45,077 bases of DNA from assembly GCA_009887255.1 (NCBI GenBank), contig QXXW01000016.1, positions 1 through 45,077 on the forward strand, in the 5' to 3' direction. Each line of letters starts with the position of its first letter. Within the stretch, counting starts at the first letter, position 1. The position numbers and the translations under genes are program-made. Positions 16,901-25,692 of the stretch are shown piece after piece. The DNA is from Candidatus Poseidoniales archaeon. GTDB taxonomy: Archaea > Thermoplasmatota > Poseidoniia > Poseidoniales > Poseidoniaceae. The notes beneath the pieces were generated by a model. The model had not been told where the DNA came from, made no database searches, and was given only the letters and a program-made list of their open reading frames with translations.

Positions 16901-19712
16901 CCCTGACGGGTGGGAATCCAAAGGGTTGTGTTCTTGGGACCCGAGCCGACAGGGTGTCAACCCGTTGAACGGTTCGGACGCTTTCCAGAATCCGGACGGT
17001 GACGGATACGATGTCAACCGTGATGGTGTTCTTTCCCCCAACGAGTCGTTTGTGAACTATCTTGAGTACCACCTTAGAAGCGACCTCTTTTTGGGCAACG
17101 TCACCCTTGAAGGTGTGACACTTCCTGATGGATTCAACACCTCGTTGTTCAACAACATCGCCGCTCTTGGAGAACCCGAAGCCACCTTTGCCGCCCGCGC
17201 TTCCGGCTCGGTCACTGCGGGGTTGTCATCCTACAGTGTTGGCGCTTCGGACCCGCTCAGCGCCGACACCGATGAGGACGGCATGCCCGATGGTTGGGAA
17301 ATCTGGTTTGCACGTTGGGATCTCCTCTCCGATGAATGGACCCTCAACCCCCTTGACGCAGCCGATCGCTGGGGTGATGCAGACCAAGACGGCATGACGA
17401 ATTGGGAAGAGTACAACACCGTTGACCGCAACATGAGTGAAACGGATGCGAACCGTTCTTCTCCACAATGGTTCGTGACCACCATTGGTCAGGCATTTGC
17501 CATCCAACAATGGCCGGGAATCCCCACTTCTGACTCGTTTGGAACCTTTTTGACCACGGATCAGTACAACCTGACGGGTCCAACCTCCGACCCCAACAAC
17601 ATCGACACAGACGGCGATGGAATGCTCGACGGTGTTGAATTGCTCTTTACTGCTTGGAACAGCTCCGCACGCGTTTGGACACTCAATCCACTGGTTCCAG
17701 GAGACGGTGACTTTGACGGTGATGAAGACGGTCTAACCGATCGTCAGGAATTCGCCATCGCCATCGCACAACCTGACAACGGTGAATCTCACCCAAGCGA
17801 TGCCCCGCTTCTTCACATCGATGGAGATTTGCAACAGCCTACAGAAAAAGCACAACGGGTGTTCAATATCCTCATCTCAAAAGAAACGAGAGGGAAGCGA
17901 CTGTTGAACGATTTCAACGATTGGCAGCAAGGTGAACCTCCCAACGCTTTCCTTGAGGTTGTGTTGGGAATGACCGATCCAACCATCGCCGACACGGACA
18001 GCGATGGTATGTACGACGGTTTCGAATACTGGTTCACTTCATGGGATTTGGACGAAAACCGCTGGTCCATGAACCCGCTCATTGATAACGATGTCAACCT
18101 TGATTCTGATGGTGACAGTTATGATTGCAATCGTGACGGAACTGTCGATGCGAATGAGACGTTTTCAAACCTGCGTGAATGGGAATCAAGAACATGGGGT
18201 AAATACCTCAACAGGGACACGGTTCCTACTGCTTTGGGGATTGTTGATTTCGGAAAAGACGCTATGAACGCCTACGCAGAGGAATTGGGATATTCAGCGT
18301 TCCAGGCCCAACTTGCGCTTTACAACGACTTCGTTAGCAAAGGGACGTCCTCCATGGACAGAATGATGAAAATTAATGAATTCGACGCTGAAAACTTCAA
18401 CAGAAGCCTCCGGGGAGTTGCCGACCCAACCCACGCTGATTCCGACAACGATGGCATTCCCGACGGTTGGGAATACTGTTATGCCATATTCGGGATGGAC
18501 GATGCGTCCACCTTGACCCATTGGGCAGCCAATCCAATCAATCCTTGGGATGTTGGGTACGATGGTGATCGAGATGGCTGGTACGGTCGCACACCGTTTG
18601 ACATTCCCGCTACACAAGGTGGATGGGACAATCGAGAATTCACGCCCTCGGGGCAAGTCATCCAGAACGGTGAGGGAGACCTGCCGTTCACGAACGCCAT
18701 GGAATTTGACAACGACACCCGACCCGACCTCAACGACAGCGATGGAGACAGCACCACATACATCACGACAACCATCAACGGCGTGGTTCAATCTCATGTT
18801 AGAGATTACAACTACTCCGATGGCCGTGAAGTGTTCAAATACGGTTCAAACCCGAACGACAACGATACAGACGGTGACATGCTCCCGGATTGGTACGAAT
18901 ACAAAATGGCATGGAACGAGAGCAACGACAACTTCAGTTCCTATTTGGCGATACAGGTTGTTTGGATCGATGTTGGGACCGGTGGTCCCTGCACGGCAAC
19001 CACCGCTTCATGCTTGCCATTGTCTCAAGGTGACGGCGGAGTGCTTAGTCGCCCCGACCTTGCAATGGCTTGGTTCACATTGGACCCTGCGGACCCTGTA
19101 GATGCCAATCTTGACCCCGACCAAGACGGAAGATGGGATTGTTCTGGTGCAGGGGGGTGCCTCTACGAATCGTACACCAATTTCCAAGAGTTTTACGCCA
19201 TCACGACAAGCGATTATGCATCTCCAAATTCGGTTCGCTTGAGCGGGTTAACCTATCAGGGGTCCCCTGTGACGGAAGGTTGGCAATTCCGTGCTTCATT
19301 GCTCGGTCTCGGCCAGGCCAACGAATTGGTTCTCAACTATCTCAAACTTGACAAGTACGCCGGCATGGACCGCCAATACGGATACATTGTTGAAGACATG
19401 GACAGTGATTTCCTTACCGTTGACACGAGCGACGACGTTGTCCTTATGGCTGGCAATCGCACGGACCAATGGGACATATACTACGCCTCGTCACCGAACA
19501 CACCACCGATTCGCAACGTTGGTGAACACGAATTTGGATGGTACCTCCTCGACTTTGACAACGATCATCTCGCCGAGGGTAGCAACCCCATGAATTGGGA
19601 TACGGACGGCGATTGGATGAACGATTGGTTTGAGGTTCGAGACGATGAGGAAGACGGAGTTCGTGGCGATTCATCACCGATTCGTTACGACTCTCGACAA
19701 ACCAGTGCCTGA
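13959..19712 (+). CDS. Giant (1917 aa) secreted protein with about two dozen thrombospondin type 3-like Ca-binding repeats and a central Reg_prop-type beta-propeller; no C-terminal anchor
   Basis: The signal peptide is MRRSQTALLTTIAVVSSLLFMSQFPAISS. The repeat D-x-D-x-D-G-x-x-D-G-[WY]-E recurs (DTDGDGMPDGYE, DSDADGMPDGWE, DSDQDGMPDGWE, DTDEDGMPDGWE, DSDNDGIPDGWE, DTDGDMLPDWYE and others), often followed by NPL(D/N). Propeller-blade motifs LYVTTRYGVSIIDL, LYVGTDRGMLVVD, LWFGTPFGLHKMNL, LLIGSSWGLWAV lie at about nt 15110-16200. Confidence 0.85.
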   Translation: MRRSQTALLTTIAVVSSLLFMSQFPAISSVANIHPDDTDGSPPPNTDSDGDMIPDVHETLFEEWMNWTAVDGRDVVIKGLDKNNASDAYVDIDRDGLNATEEFCWPYPANCTQPGFPRGLTGELDENNDRIYLDPRMSDTDGDGMPDGYEAYMCQRIGGFDTATLRYLCPSFNPLNASDLTLDGDNDGFDVDRDGIMTPSERFTAPEEYAHGTPDTYTPELDGLWCHATLPEGSSLKVWPYIPTGANATFQNLLPACTGNATFPVGEDLWLGTDPLLDDSDRYNWDGFSVRPLYPSFGDGIPDGWEAHFGLDPLNRSNALLDSDQDGWDANRDGFVSADLSRTSTAMTLGEALSTLQEYLVHEDGGNTVYPGLKNTELGTGGDVTVHPLIYDSTESDPSVLHHDIRSLDHSNGELYVTTRYGVSIIDLSENTSRHSSMVQGVDVMDSTLLSRDGQPYAMVMATSVGMVVSPLLADGQLAEASDWTWALGPKITAMTVLHGTDGDAQLLGLGHAGAGMVVEVDGAGQLSASHDVGTGIVEALAAANASVTALDHGSAAGTTITLYVGTDRGMLVVDTPSARDEATGIWRFFYTTESVSITANVDELRPLPLGTTGNPAEVRDLVLEGPSENNAQALWFGTPFGLHKMNLNDGTISHSGLLTHPGVDGQLARESNSIRSIHPTGDELLIGSSWGLWAVAGDYTAVYGVQDQTWIPGDITTVLSVDVEGQTTVFAGSSPGQYANLRLMDPGANDSDADGMPDGWEVVHGLDPTDPWDALYDTDSDGLDLDQNGDMNLERLWTNLDEFRYSATTPQGYNSTDPRVGDTDGDGLTDGSEYFGFFYDVSTLWCHYSVQMEYICDDPAGQAANATYLAVANIDTSLDPTNHDSDQDGMPDGWEIEHRRWVGSTFSGGNNWTLDPLRADDAAWDADGDGLANLCEYRWSIVRDMAANGDLYESHGEASDSAALWSVADPNNVDSDGDTLPDGWESKGLCSWDPSRQGVNPLNGSDAFQNPDGDGYDVNRDGVLSPNESFVNYLEYHLRSDLFLGNVTLEGVTLPDGFNTSLFNNIAALGEPEATFAARASGSVTAGLSSYSVGASDPLSADTDEDGMPDGWEIWFARWDLLSDEWTLNPLDAADRWGDADQDGMTNWEEYNTVDRNMSETDANRSSPQWFVTTIGQAFAIQQWPGIPTSDSFGTFLTTDQYNLTGPTSDPNNIDTDGDGMLDGVELLFTAWNSSARVWTLNPLVPGDGDFDGDEDGLTDRQEFAIAIAQPDNGESHPSDAPLLHIDGDLQQPTEKAQRVFNILISKETRGKRLLNDFNDWQQGEPPNAFLEVVLGMTDPTIADTDSDGMYDGFEYWFTSWDLDENRWSMNPLIDNDVNLDSDGDSYDCNRDGTVDANETFSNLREWESRTWGKYLNRDTVPTALGIVDFGKDAMNAYAEELGYSAFQAQLALYNDFVSKGTSSMDRMMKINEFDAENFNRSLRGVADPTHADSDNDGIPDGWEYCYAIFGMDDASTLTHWAANPINPWDVGYDGDRDGWYGRTPFDIPATQGGWDNREFTPSGQVIQNGEGDLPFTNAMEFDNDTRPDLNDSDGDSTTYITTTINGVVQSHVRDYNYSDGREVFKYGSNPNDNDTDGDMLPDWYEYKMAWNESNDNFSSYLAIQVVWIDVGTGGPCTATTASCLPLSQGDGGVLSRPDLAMAWFTLDPADPVDANLDPDQDGRWDCSGAGGCLYESYTNFQEFYAITTSDYASPNSVRLSGLTYQGSPVTEGWQFRASLLGLGQANELVLNYLKLDKYAGMDRQYGYIVEDMDSDFLTVDTSDDVVLMAGNRTDQWDIYYASSPNTPPIRNVGEHEFGWYLLDFDNDHLAEGSNPMNWDTDGDWMNDWFEVRDDEEDGVRGDSSPIRYDSRQTSA

Positions 19713-19782
19713 ACAGTGCTGATTCGTTTGACTGTGTCGGCGAACCGCATGGTTCAAAGTCTATGTTGGCCCTGTGTTGGTC

Positions 19783-22700
19783 ATGCAGGGTAGCGTACAG
19801 CATGCCAACTCGTCGCGAGGCGTTCTCTTCTTGCTCGTTGGCTTGATGTTCTTTGTGCCACTGACACCACTTGTGGATCACGTCGTTGAATCGGTTGAGG
19901 CTGCCGCCGGATCTCGCCACGTCTACGAATTCCATGACGGTTCGGTCGACTACATCGCCCTTTACCAAGGTGCAAATCCTGACGCAGGTGCCATGGTCTC
20001 CCTCCCGCGAGGCGCCGATGTCACTGACGTCAGTCTCACTCTCTCCGGTGCTTCGGCCACAGGATGGTCCCAGAGCGTTGCGGACGATCGAATTCATTGG
20101 GTGTCCGGTGAAGAGAGCGCTACGGACGACCGCAGCGATGATTTGACGCTGGGTCTCGACAACAGCATGGACCTCTTTCTCCCTCACGGTCAAGACGCTT
20201 ATGTTGACACCAATTCCGACGCCTGGCTGGACAACGGTTCCTACGCTCTTCGCCAACCTCACACCTCCAACGCTACCGAGGCCCTGTTTTCTCAACAACT
20301 CACGAAAACTTCACCCAGCTTCAGTGGTACCTCGCAAGGGGCTATGTTGAGCCACCATGACTGGTTGTTCCTTTCGACATGGACCTCTTCGAGTTTCACC
20401 AATGTCGTTCACCGCTTGTACCCAAACAACGCCACACGGGAGAGCATCATCACGCTTGACCAAGGAGATTGCACCCTCCCCCAGAAGCATCCATCCTCAT
20501 ACTCAGGCTATTACGGATTCCGGGATTGGACCGTGACCGACGACGAACGTTTGTTTGGCATCCTTTCTGGCTACAGGACGACCCAATCAACTGCCTCGGT
20601 GAATTATCATCGTGTGATGGAAATGGACATCTCAAGGGACGACATATGGACTTGCATCGATTCCTACGACGTGTCGCCATCGGTTGGTGAATACACTGGT
20701 ATTGCTTATGACCGCAACAGCAGTGAAGTCTGGATCGCTCACAACGCCATCAATCGCCTCTATTCCTATGATTTTGCCAGCGATGGAACGGGCAGTTACA
20801 CCCGGAGTTCAGAATTTTACACCTACCAATCCGCTCAAGGATCAACCTGGGACTGTGGAGGTACGGACGCCAACGGTGGTCGTCAAATGCTCCGTGGGTT
20901 GGAAGTGAACGGATCCACGTTTTACATGCGTTGTCAAAAGGACTACTATTACAACGACAGGGACACCCTTGAAGCGTGGTCTGTCTCAGGCACATCGCAA
21001 GCCCTCATCCCCGAGACCACCACACGTCAAATTTCCCGCTTGGGCCACGGCCTCCAATTCGATGGCGAGCGTTTCATCACGGTTGACAGCGGTTACAGCA
21101 CTTGGTCAAGCACCACGCTGTATTACCGAGAATTTGGGACCGGATGGTTGTACGAAACGACCCCCTCTCCAGGAACACATACGTGGTACGGAGAGGTGGT
21201 TCGCACCGCTGAGGACATCGTGGCCGCCAACGTTCAGACCTACTGGTCGGCCGCTTCCATTGGAGACAGGGTTGAATATTGGGTTTCTGCAGACAACGGG
21301 ACCCATTGGGAGCAAGTGACGTCGAACTCAACCATTCACTTTGATTTCCCCGGCAACGAACTGGTATGGAAGGCTCAACTCATCGGCTCAACAGCCGTGT
21401 CGTGGTGGGTCGACATTGAATACGCGTCGGATTACGTGTCTTCGGGTGACTGGACCTCAACCCCGCTCAACACGGGCACCAAGGTTGGCAAAGTACGACC
21501 CTCATGGACCGCCGATGTGCCAGCAGGTACCGGCGTTCAGGTGCTGGTCTCGAACGACAACGGCACATCGTGGTTGGAGGCAACCAACAATGCTGAGACC
21601 AGTTTCTCCGCAGAGGCAGCCGGCAACACCCTTCGTTATTCCATCCTTATGACCTCCACGGACAGCAGCATCACACCGAGCATCGATCGTTTCCTGTTGG
21701 AATACGAAGAAGGGTACCCGGACAGGCCAATGATTGACGTTGGCTCCGACGGTACATTCGACTGGGAATCGCTCATGTTCCTTAACGAATCCAGCGTTGT
21801 GGCTACAGACGACTCAGAGGTGGGTGTTGTGGTCCGACGGGCTCCAACCCTTGTGGATGCGTTCAATGACTTTGTTCCTGACAACGGTGACGGAATGGTG
21901 CACGTGCCGTTGTCCATTAAAGCCGCTACTTCAGGACGGATCAAGGTGTCCAACATCGACGTGACCTACGCCATGCAAACCCGTGCACTTGACGCCACCT
22001 TTGAGGGAAGTCGTGCCTCTCCTGATGGCATGTACCGCAATTTCATCACCCGTGTGGCTCCTGGTGATGACGTTGATTACGTTACCCAAGCCACGGTGTT
22101 CATTGACCACACCTACGGAGACAACCCGGGTTTCACATGGGAGCGCGGTGACAGTTGTACTTCGGCCAACGATGGTGGTGGAATCGTGCTCTTCGACACT
22201 GCGAATTGCACCTCCATGACCGACAGCAACGGCATTGTTTCCATTTGGATGCCAACCAAAGTTAACTGGAGTTGGAACGATCAACTGGATACAGAAGCGA
22301 TCATCAGCGTCCAAGACGACCTTGGCATGGCCGTGAACGCATGGAGCACCAGCGACATGGATCTGGTGATTGAAAACGACATCCAACTGGACGGTCTCCG
22401 GGTCTGGGAAGAAACCGGGCGTCAACTCTACCCCATGGATTGGGTCCGAGGTGGGTTTAACCTGAGTTTCAGCGGGAGAATGGTCTTCCAAGATTCACAA
22501 CTCATGCCTCCGTCAGGAACCTTTGACCTCCAAATTCTGGGTCAAAACGTGACCTTTGACGGTGATGCCATAGGCGAACCAGAATTGCTTTATCAAGAAG
22601 CAAATCCGGCGTTTGGAGATTACAACATCACCTTCATGTCACCCATTGAATCAACACCCGGTGGCATGGTGTTCTACGTGCAGGCGGTCAATCTGGAAAA

Positions 22701-25203
22701 CGGTTCCACCTACACGAACCCCAACTACAACACAATTCGACTCATTTTGGACGGTAATTCGCCTTTGGTGATCGCAGCTACACCCTCCGACGGTGAAGAA
22801 CGCCACGTCGGTTCTGCCGGTGCAGGTCAACCCCTGTCAATCGTCGTTCAAGACACGGTGGACCCCCCCAACCAAATCAACCTCCATTACTGGGTGGGAT
22901 GCAATCCGAGTGAAGCCATTGGATGCCACGATTACAACTTTGATGGTTTGCCCAACGAAGACGAGTACGAGATGACAACACTGTCCTCTCCCGAGAGAAG
23001 GGCTGGAGGATTAAACATCTTTGACGGATTGGTCGATGATTCCATGCTGCTCCACAAGCAAAAAGTTTCGTTTTATGTCTCCGGATCAGACGGTCAAGAC
23101 AACGAGATTGCCATGGGCCGGGGCCCGGTTTGCCCCCCCAGCACAATCGCCTGCGGCTTCCGCCCTGGTGAGACGCTTCCAGACTGGTCAGCTGACTTGG
23201 TGACGTATTCTATTCGACAAGAATTTGAGCCCACCATCGATCTCGGCAATTCCACCATCATCGGTCACGATGACAACGCAGCACTCCACCCGAGTGTACC
23301 CTACACCGTTCAGGTGAAACTCATTGACCAAAACGGTTGGAAGGACATTGAAACGGTACAGATTGCTCTTGGTGGCGACTTTGCTGACGAAGAGTCCTCC
23401 ATGTTCGTGACCCTTGCAGCCGATGAAAACGGCTTGCCTCAAGCGGTCATGGCTTCGGGAAGTGACAACATCGCCGTTTCCAACCTCTACTCTACGGTTG
23501 AACTTGAAGAAAACGACGACACCGTGGTGGTGATACAGGCCCGCTTCCAACTGACGTGGATGTTCCCAGAATCCTTTGACACCAACGGAGACAGCACCTT
23601 CATTCCCAAAGTTAGGGTCACGGATCAACCCTGCAACGAGGGTGAGGTGATCCCATGTTTCGTTGTGGATGAAGGATTGGGTGACGACCACTGGAGTCTT
23701 GACAATGATTTCAGATTTGATGTAGAGCAAGGGCACATTCGGGCCATAGAATTGCGCAACAGCGTGAACCATTACACCCCGGAAAATTACGAGTCCATCA
23801 TCGGAGCAGGCCAAGCCCTGCGTGTAACGGGTCGTGTGCTGTTCTCGGAAACCGAAACCCCCGCTCCTGCCGGTGCGTTTGATGTGGTGTTTGGCGATTA
23901 TGAGAACAACTGGCGAACCTCCACAAGAGACGATGGCGAGTTTTCTCTTGACCTCCTGGTGCCAGCCGTTCGGTCTGGACGTCTTGACTTGCGCCTCAAC
24001 ATGGACGACCTTCCTGGATTGGCACTCGATGAATCTGAATTCCAGCCACGACTTCGACTCGCAGTTGACAACGACCGTCCCACCATTGACAGCATCTCCC
24101 TCAACGGTGTTGTTGAGGGACAACCTCTTCCGATCGGACAGGCATCAAATCTCGAAGTGATTCTCATCACCAACGATGAAAATGGATTTGATTTGACCGA
24201 GCCTGCCGTCTTACATTATCGTGTTAAGGCCGGAGAAGCTGAGATTTCACGTGGCAGTGTGCTGCTCCCCGACATCACACCGTTCGGTCAACAATTTTTC
24301 TGGAGCGGCGTGTTGGATTTGACCGATTCAGGAGCCACCACCTTGCTTCCGACATACATCGTTGACGTCTGGGTCTCAGGATCGGATGAAGCAGGCAATC
24401 CATACGATACCACTTCCAACACCATGGAAAGTGCCTTTGCATCATGGCCTCTTTCCTTGACGGGTCCTCGTGTTGATCTTCAAGACAGCAGCACCGTCCT
24501 CTCTTGGGACACACCAAGCCCCTATCAGGGCGATTCGGCCACCATGAACATTCAAACCGACAACCTCGGAGGAAACGGGCGCCTTGCTTTTGCCCTTCAA
24601 CGCCTCACCAGCGGTGGATTTTGGGCTACTGAAGCCAACGTCAGCGTTGATACCCGGACAGGAGAAACCGTGAGAACGAGTCTATCTGTTCTGCCAGATG
24701 CCGACATCGGTGATGCAGTGGAATACCGAGTCATCGTGCTGGTCGATGATGTAGAAATGGACCGGCAAGTCGTTCCGTCGCTGTTGGTGAAAGCAGAGAC
24801 TGTCCGAGACGGTGAAGCACTCTCTCAACAACTTTCAGAAGACGTGTTCAGTGTTACGTTGTTCCTGGTGGCCTTGGGTTCGGTCTCCTTCGGAATGTAT
24901 GCCCTTGTGATGCGCCGTCGTTTACTGGCTCCACCTTCTGAAGAAGAGTTGGTCGACCAAACCGAGGATGTGGTGGAAGAAATGAACGCAGGGAAGACCG
25001 TTCCGACCATCGATGCGGCAGCACCTCATGCGGCCACTAACGACGCTCCAGCCCCGCCTTCCATGACTGCTCAGCCCCCTGCTCCAACAGGAAACCGTCA
25101 GCAAGCACCGCCCGTTCCCCCGACCGGATTACCGGACGGTTGGACTGAACAACAGTGGGCTTCTTACGGATGGCAATACATTGACGCTCTTTCGGGGAAG
25201 TGA
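19783..25203 (+). CDS. Giant (about 1806 aa) surface protein with N-terminal signal/anchor, Asp-box (BNR) motifs, C-terminal TM and 96-aa Pro-rich cytoplasmic tail
   Basis: ORF track 19774 (GTG); the first ATG is at 19783. The N-terminal hydrophobic segment is SSRGVLFLLVGLMFFVPLTPLV. Two S-x-D-N-G-T-x-W Asp-box motifs are present (SADNGTHW near 21290, SNDNGTSW near 21550). The C-terminal TM VFSVTLFLVALGSVSFGMYALVM is followed by RRRLL and a tail ending LPDGWTEQQWASYGWQYIDALSGK. Confidence 0.85.
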   Translation: MQGSVQHANSSRGVLFLLVGLMFFVPLTPLVDHVVESVEAAAGSRHVYEFHDGSVDYIALYQGANPDAGAMVSLPRGADVTDVSLTLSGASATGWSQSVADDRIHWVSGEESATDDRSDDLTLGLDNSMDLFLPHGQDAYVDTNSDAWLDNGSYALRQPHTSNATEALFSQQLTKTSPSFSGTSQGAMLSHHDWLFLSTWTSSSFTNVVHRLYPNNATRESIITLDQGDCTLPQKHPSSYSGYYGFRDWTVTDDERLFGILSGYRTTQSTASVNYHRVMEMDISRDDIWTCIDSYDVSPSVGEYTGIAYDRNSSEVWIAHNAINRLYSYDFASDGTGSYTRSSEFYTYQSAQGSTWDCGGTDANGGRQMLRGLEVNGSTFYMRCQKDYYYNDRDTLEAWSVSGTSQALIPETTTRQISRLGHGLQFDGERFITVDSGYSTWSSTTLYYREFGTGWLYETTPSPGTHTWYGEVVRTAEDIVAANVQTYWSAASIGDRVEYWVSADNGTHWEQVTSNSTIHFDFPGNELVWKAQLIGSTAVSWWVDIEYASDYVSSGDWTSTPLNTGTKVGKVRPSWTADVPAGTGVQVLVSNDNGTSWLEATNNAETSFSAEAAGNTLRYSILMTSTDSSITPSIDRFLLEYEEGYPDRPMIDVGSDGTFDWESLMFLNESSVVATDDSEVGVVVRRAPTLVDAFNDFVPDNGDGMVHVPLSIKAATSGRIKVSNIDVTYAMQTRALDATFEGSRASPDGMYRNFITRVAPGDDVDYVTQATVFIDHTYGDNPGFTWERGDSCTSANDGGGIVLFDTANCTSMTDSNGIVSIWMPTKVNWSWNDQLDTEAIISVQDDLGMAVNAWSTSDMDLVIENDIQLDGLRVWEETGRQLYPMDWVRGGFNLSFSGRMVFQDSQLMPPSGTFDLQILGQNVTFDGDAIGEPELLYQEANPAFGDYNITFMSPIESTPGGMVFYVQAVNLENGSTYTNPNYNTIRLILDGNSPLVIAATPSDGEERHVGSAGAGQPLSIVVQDTVDPPNQINLHYWVGCNPSEAIGCHDYNFDGLPNEDEYEMTTLSSPERRAGGLNIFDGLVDDSMLLHKQKVSFYVSGSDGQDNEIAMGRGPVCPPSTIACGFRPGETLPDWSADLVTYSIRQEFEPTIDLGNSTIIGHDDNAALHPSVPYTVQVKLIDQNGWKDIETVQIALGGDFADEESSMFVTLAADENGLPQAVMASGSDNIAVSNLYSTVELEENDDTVVVIQARFQLTWMFPESFDTNGDSTFIPKVRVTDQPCNEGEVIPCFVVDEGLGDDHWSLDNDFRFDVEQGHIRAIELRNSVNHYTPENYESIIGAGQALRVTGRVLFSETETPAPAGAFDVVFGDYENNWRTSTRDDGEFSLDLLVPAVRSGRLDLRLNMDDLPGLALDESEFQPRLRLAVDNDRPTIDSISLNGVVEGQPLPIGQASNLEVILITNDENGFDLTEPAVLHYRVKAGEAEISRGSVLLPDITPFGQQFFWSGVLDLTDSGATTLLPTYIVDVWVSGSDEAGNPYDTTSNTMESAFASWPLSLTGPRVDLQDSSTVLSWDTPSPYQGDSATMNIQTDNLGGNGRLAFALQRLTSGGFWATEANVSVDTRTGETVRTSLSVLPDADIGDAVEYRVIVLVDDVEMDRQVVPSLLVKAETVRDGEALSQQLSEDVFSVTLFLVALGSVSFGMYALVMRRRLLAPPSEEELVDQTEDVVEEMNAGKTVPTIDAAAPHAATNDAPAPPSMTAQPPAPTGNRQQAPPVPPTGLPDGWTEQQWASYGWQYIDALSGK

Positions 25204-25655
25204 CCACCTTGACGACCGATGAATCGGTGACCGATGGCCTGGTAACCTTACAGGAACGGACGGTTAACCTGATCAACCAACTCACCATGCCGGTCGTCGA
25301 AGTGGCTTTGGTGCTTCAAAAACACATCAACGCCCTCATGAACACCCTCACGGAACACGTGAGCCTCCAGGGCGCTGTTCTTCCGAACAACGTGGCCGAA
25401 CCTTGGCCATTGGAGAGCGGTTTGATCGAGAGCAACGCTACTTTTTCTCTCGACAAGGTCATGGACATTGTCGACGAGCAACGAATGGACATCCTTGACA
25501 CCTTGATTCGGGTGACGCTGGTTGAAATCAACATCAACGTGCTGGAAGCCGTGTTAGCCCTTCGCTCATGGGAGCAATTGGTTCGCACCCAACTGGCTGC
25601 CGCCACCGGCCCGGGTCAATTGTTTTCGCCATTGGTCATCCCCGAGGACTGGTAG
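25200..25655 (+). CDS. Small (151 aa) predicted all-helical cytoplasmic protein, unknown function
   Basis: The ORF overlaps the giant gene's stop by 4 nt (GTGA, GTG start); an alternative ATG is at 25287. The sequence is amphipathic and Leu/Val/Glu-rich, with no TM and no recognisable motif. The only competing ORFs are short and antisense. Confidence 0.5.
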   Translation: MTTLTTDESVTDGLVTLQERTVNLINQLTMPVVEVALVLQKHINALMNTLTEHVSLQGAVLPNNVAEPWPLESGLIESNATFSLDKVMDIVDEQRMDILDTLIRVTLVEININVLEAVLALRSWEQLVRTQLAAATGPGQLFSPLVIPEDW

Positions 25656-25692
25656 GGCGTGGATTGAAAAACCACCAACTTGAGGTCGGACC

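Noticed and set aside
19444-20298. 284-aa minus-strand ORF spanning the junction between the two giant genes
   Set aside because: It overlaps the 3' end of one strongly supported CDS and the signal-peptide region of the next. It has no recognisable motif and is most simply a chance ORF.
23188-24123. 311-aa ORF antisense to the 1806-aa giant gene (similar cases at 21931-22491, 15366-15995 and 4074-4556)
   Set aside because: All lie fully inside much longer sense ORFs with domain signatures. Their translations are low-complexity (Val/Gly/His/Arg-rich) and lack starts with ribosome-binding context.
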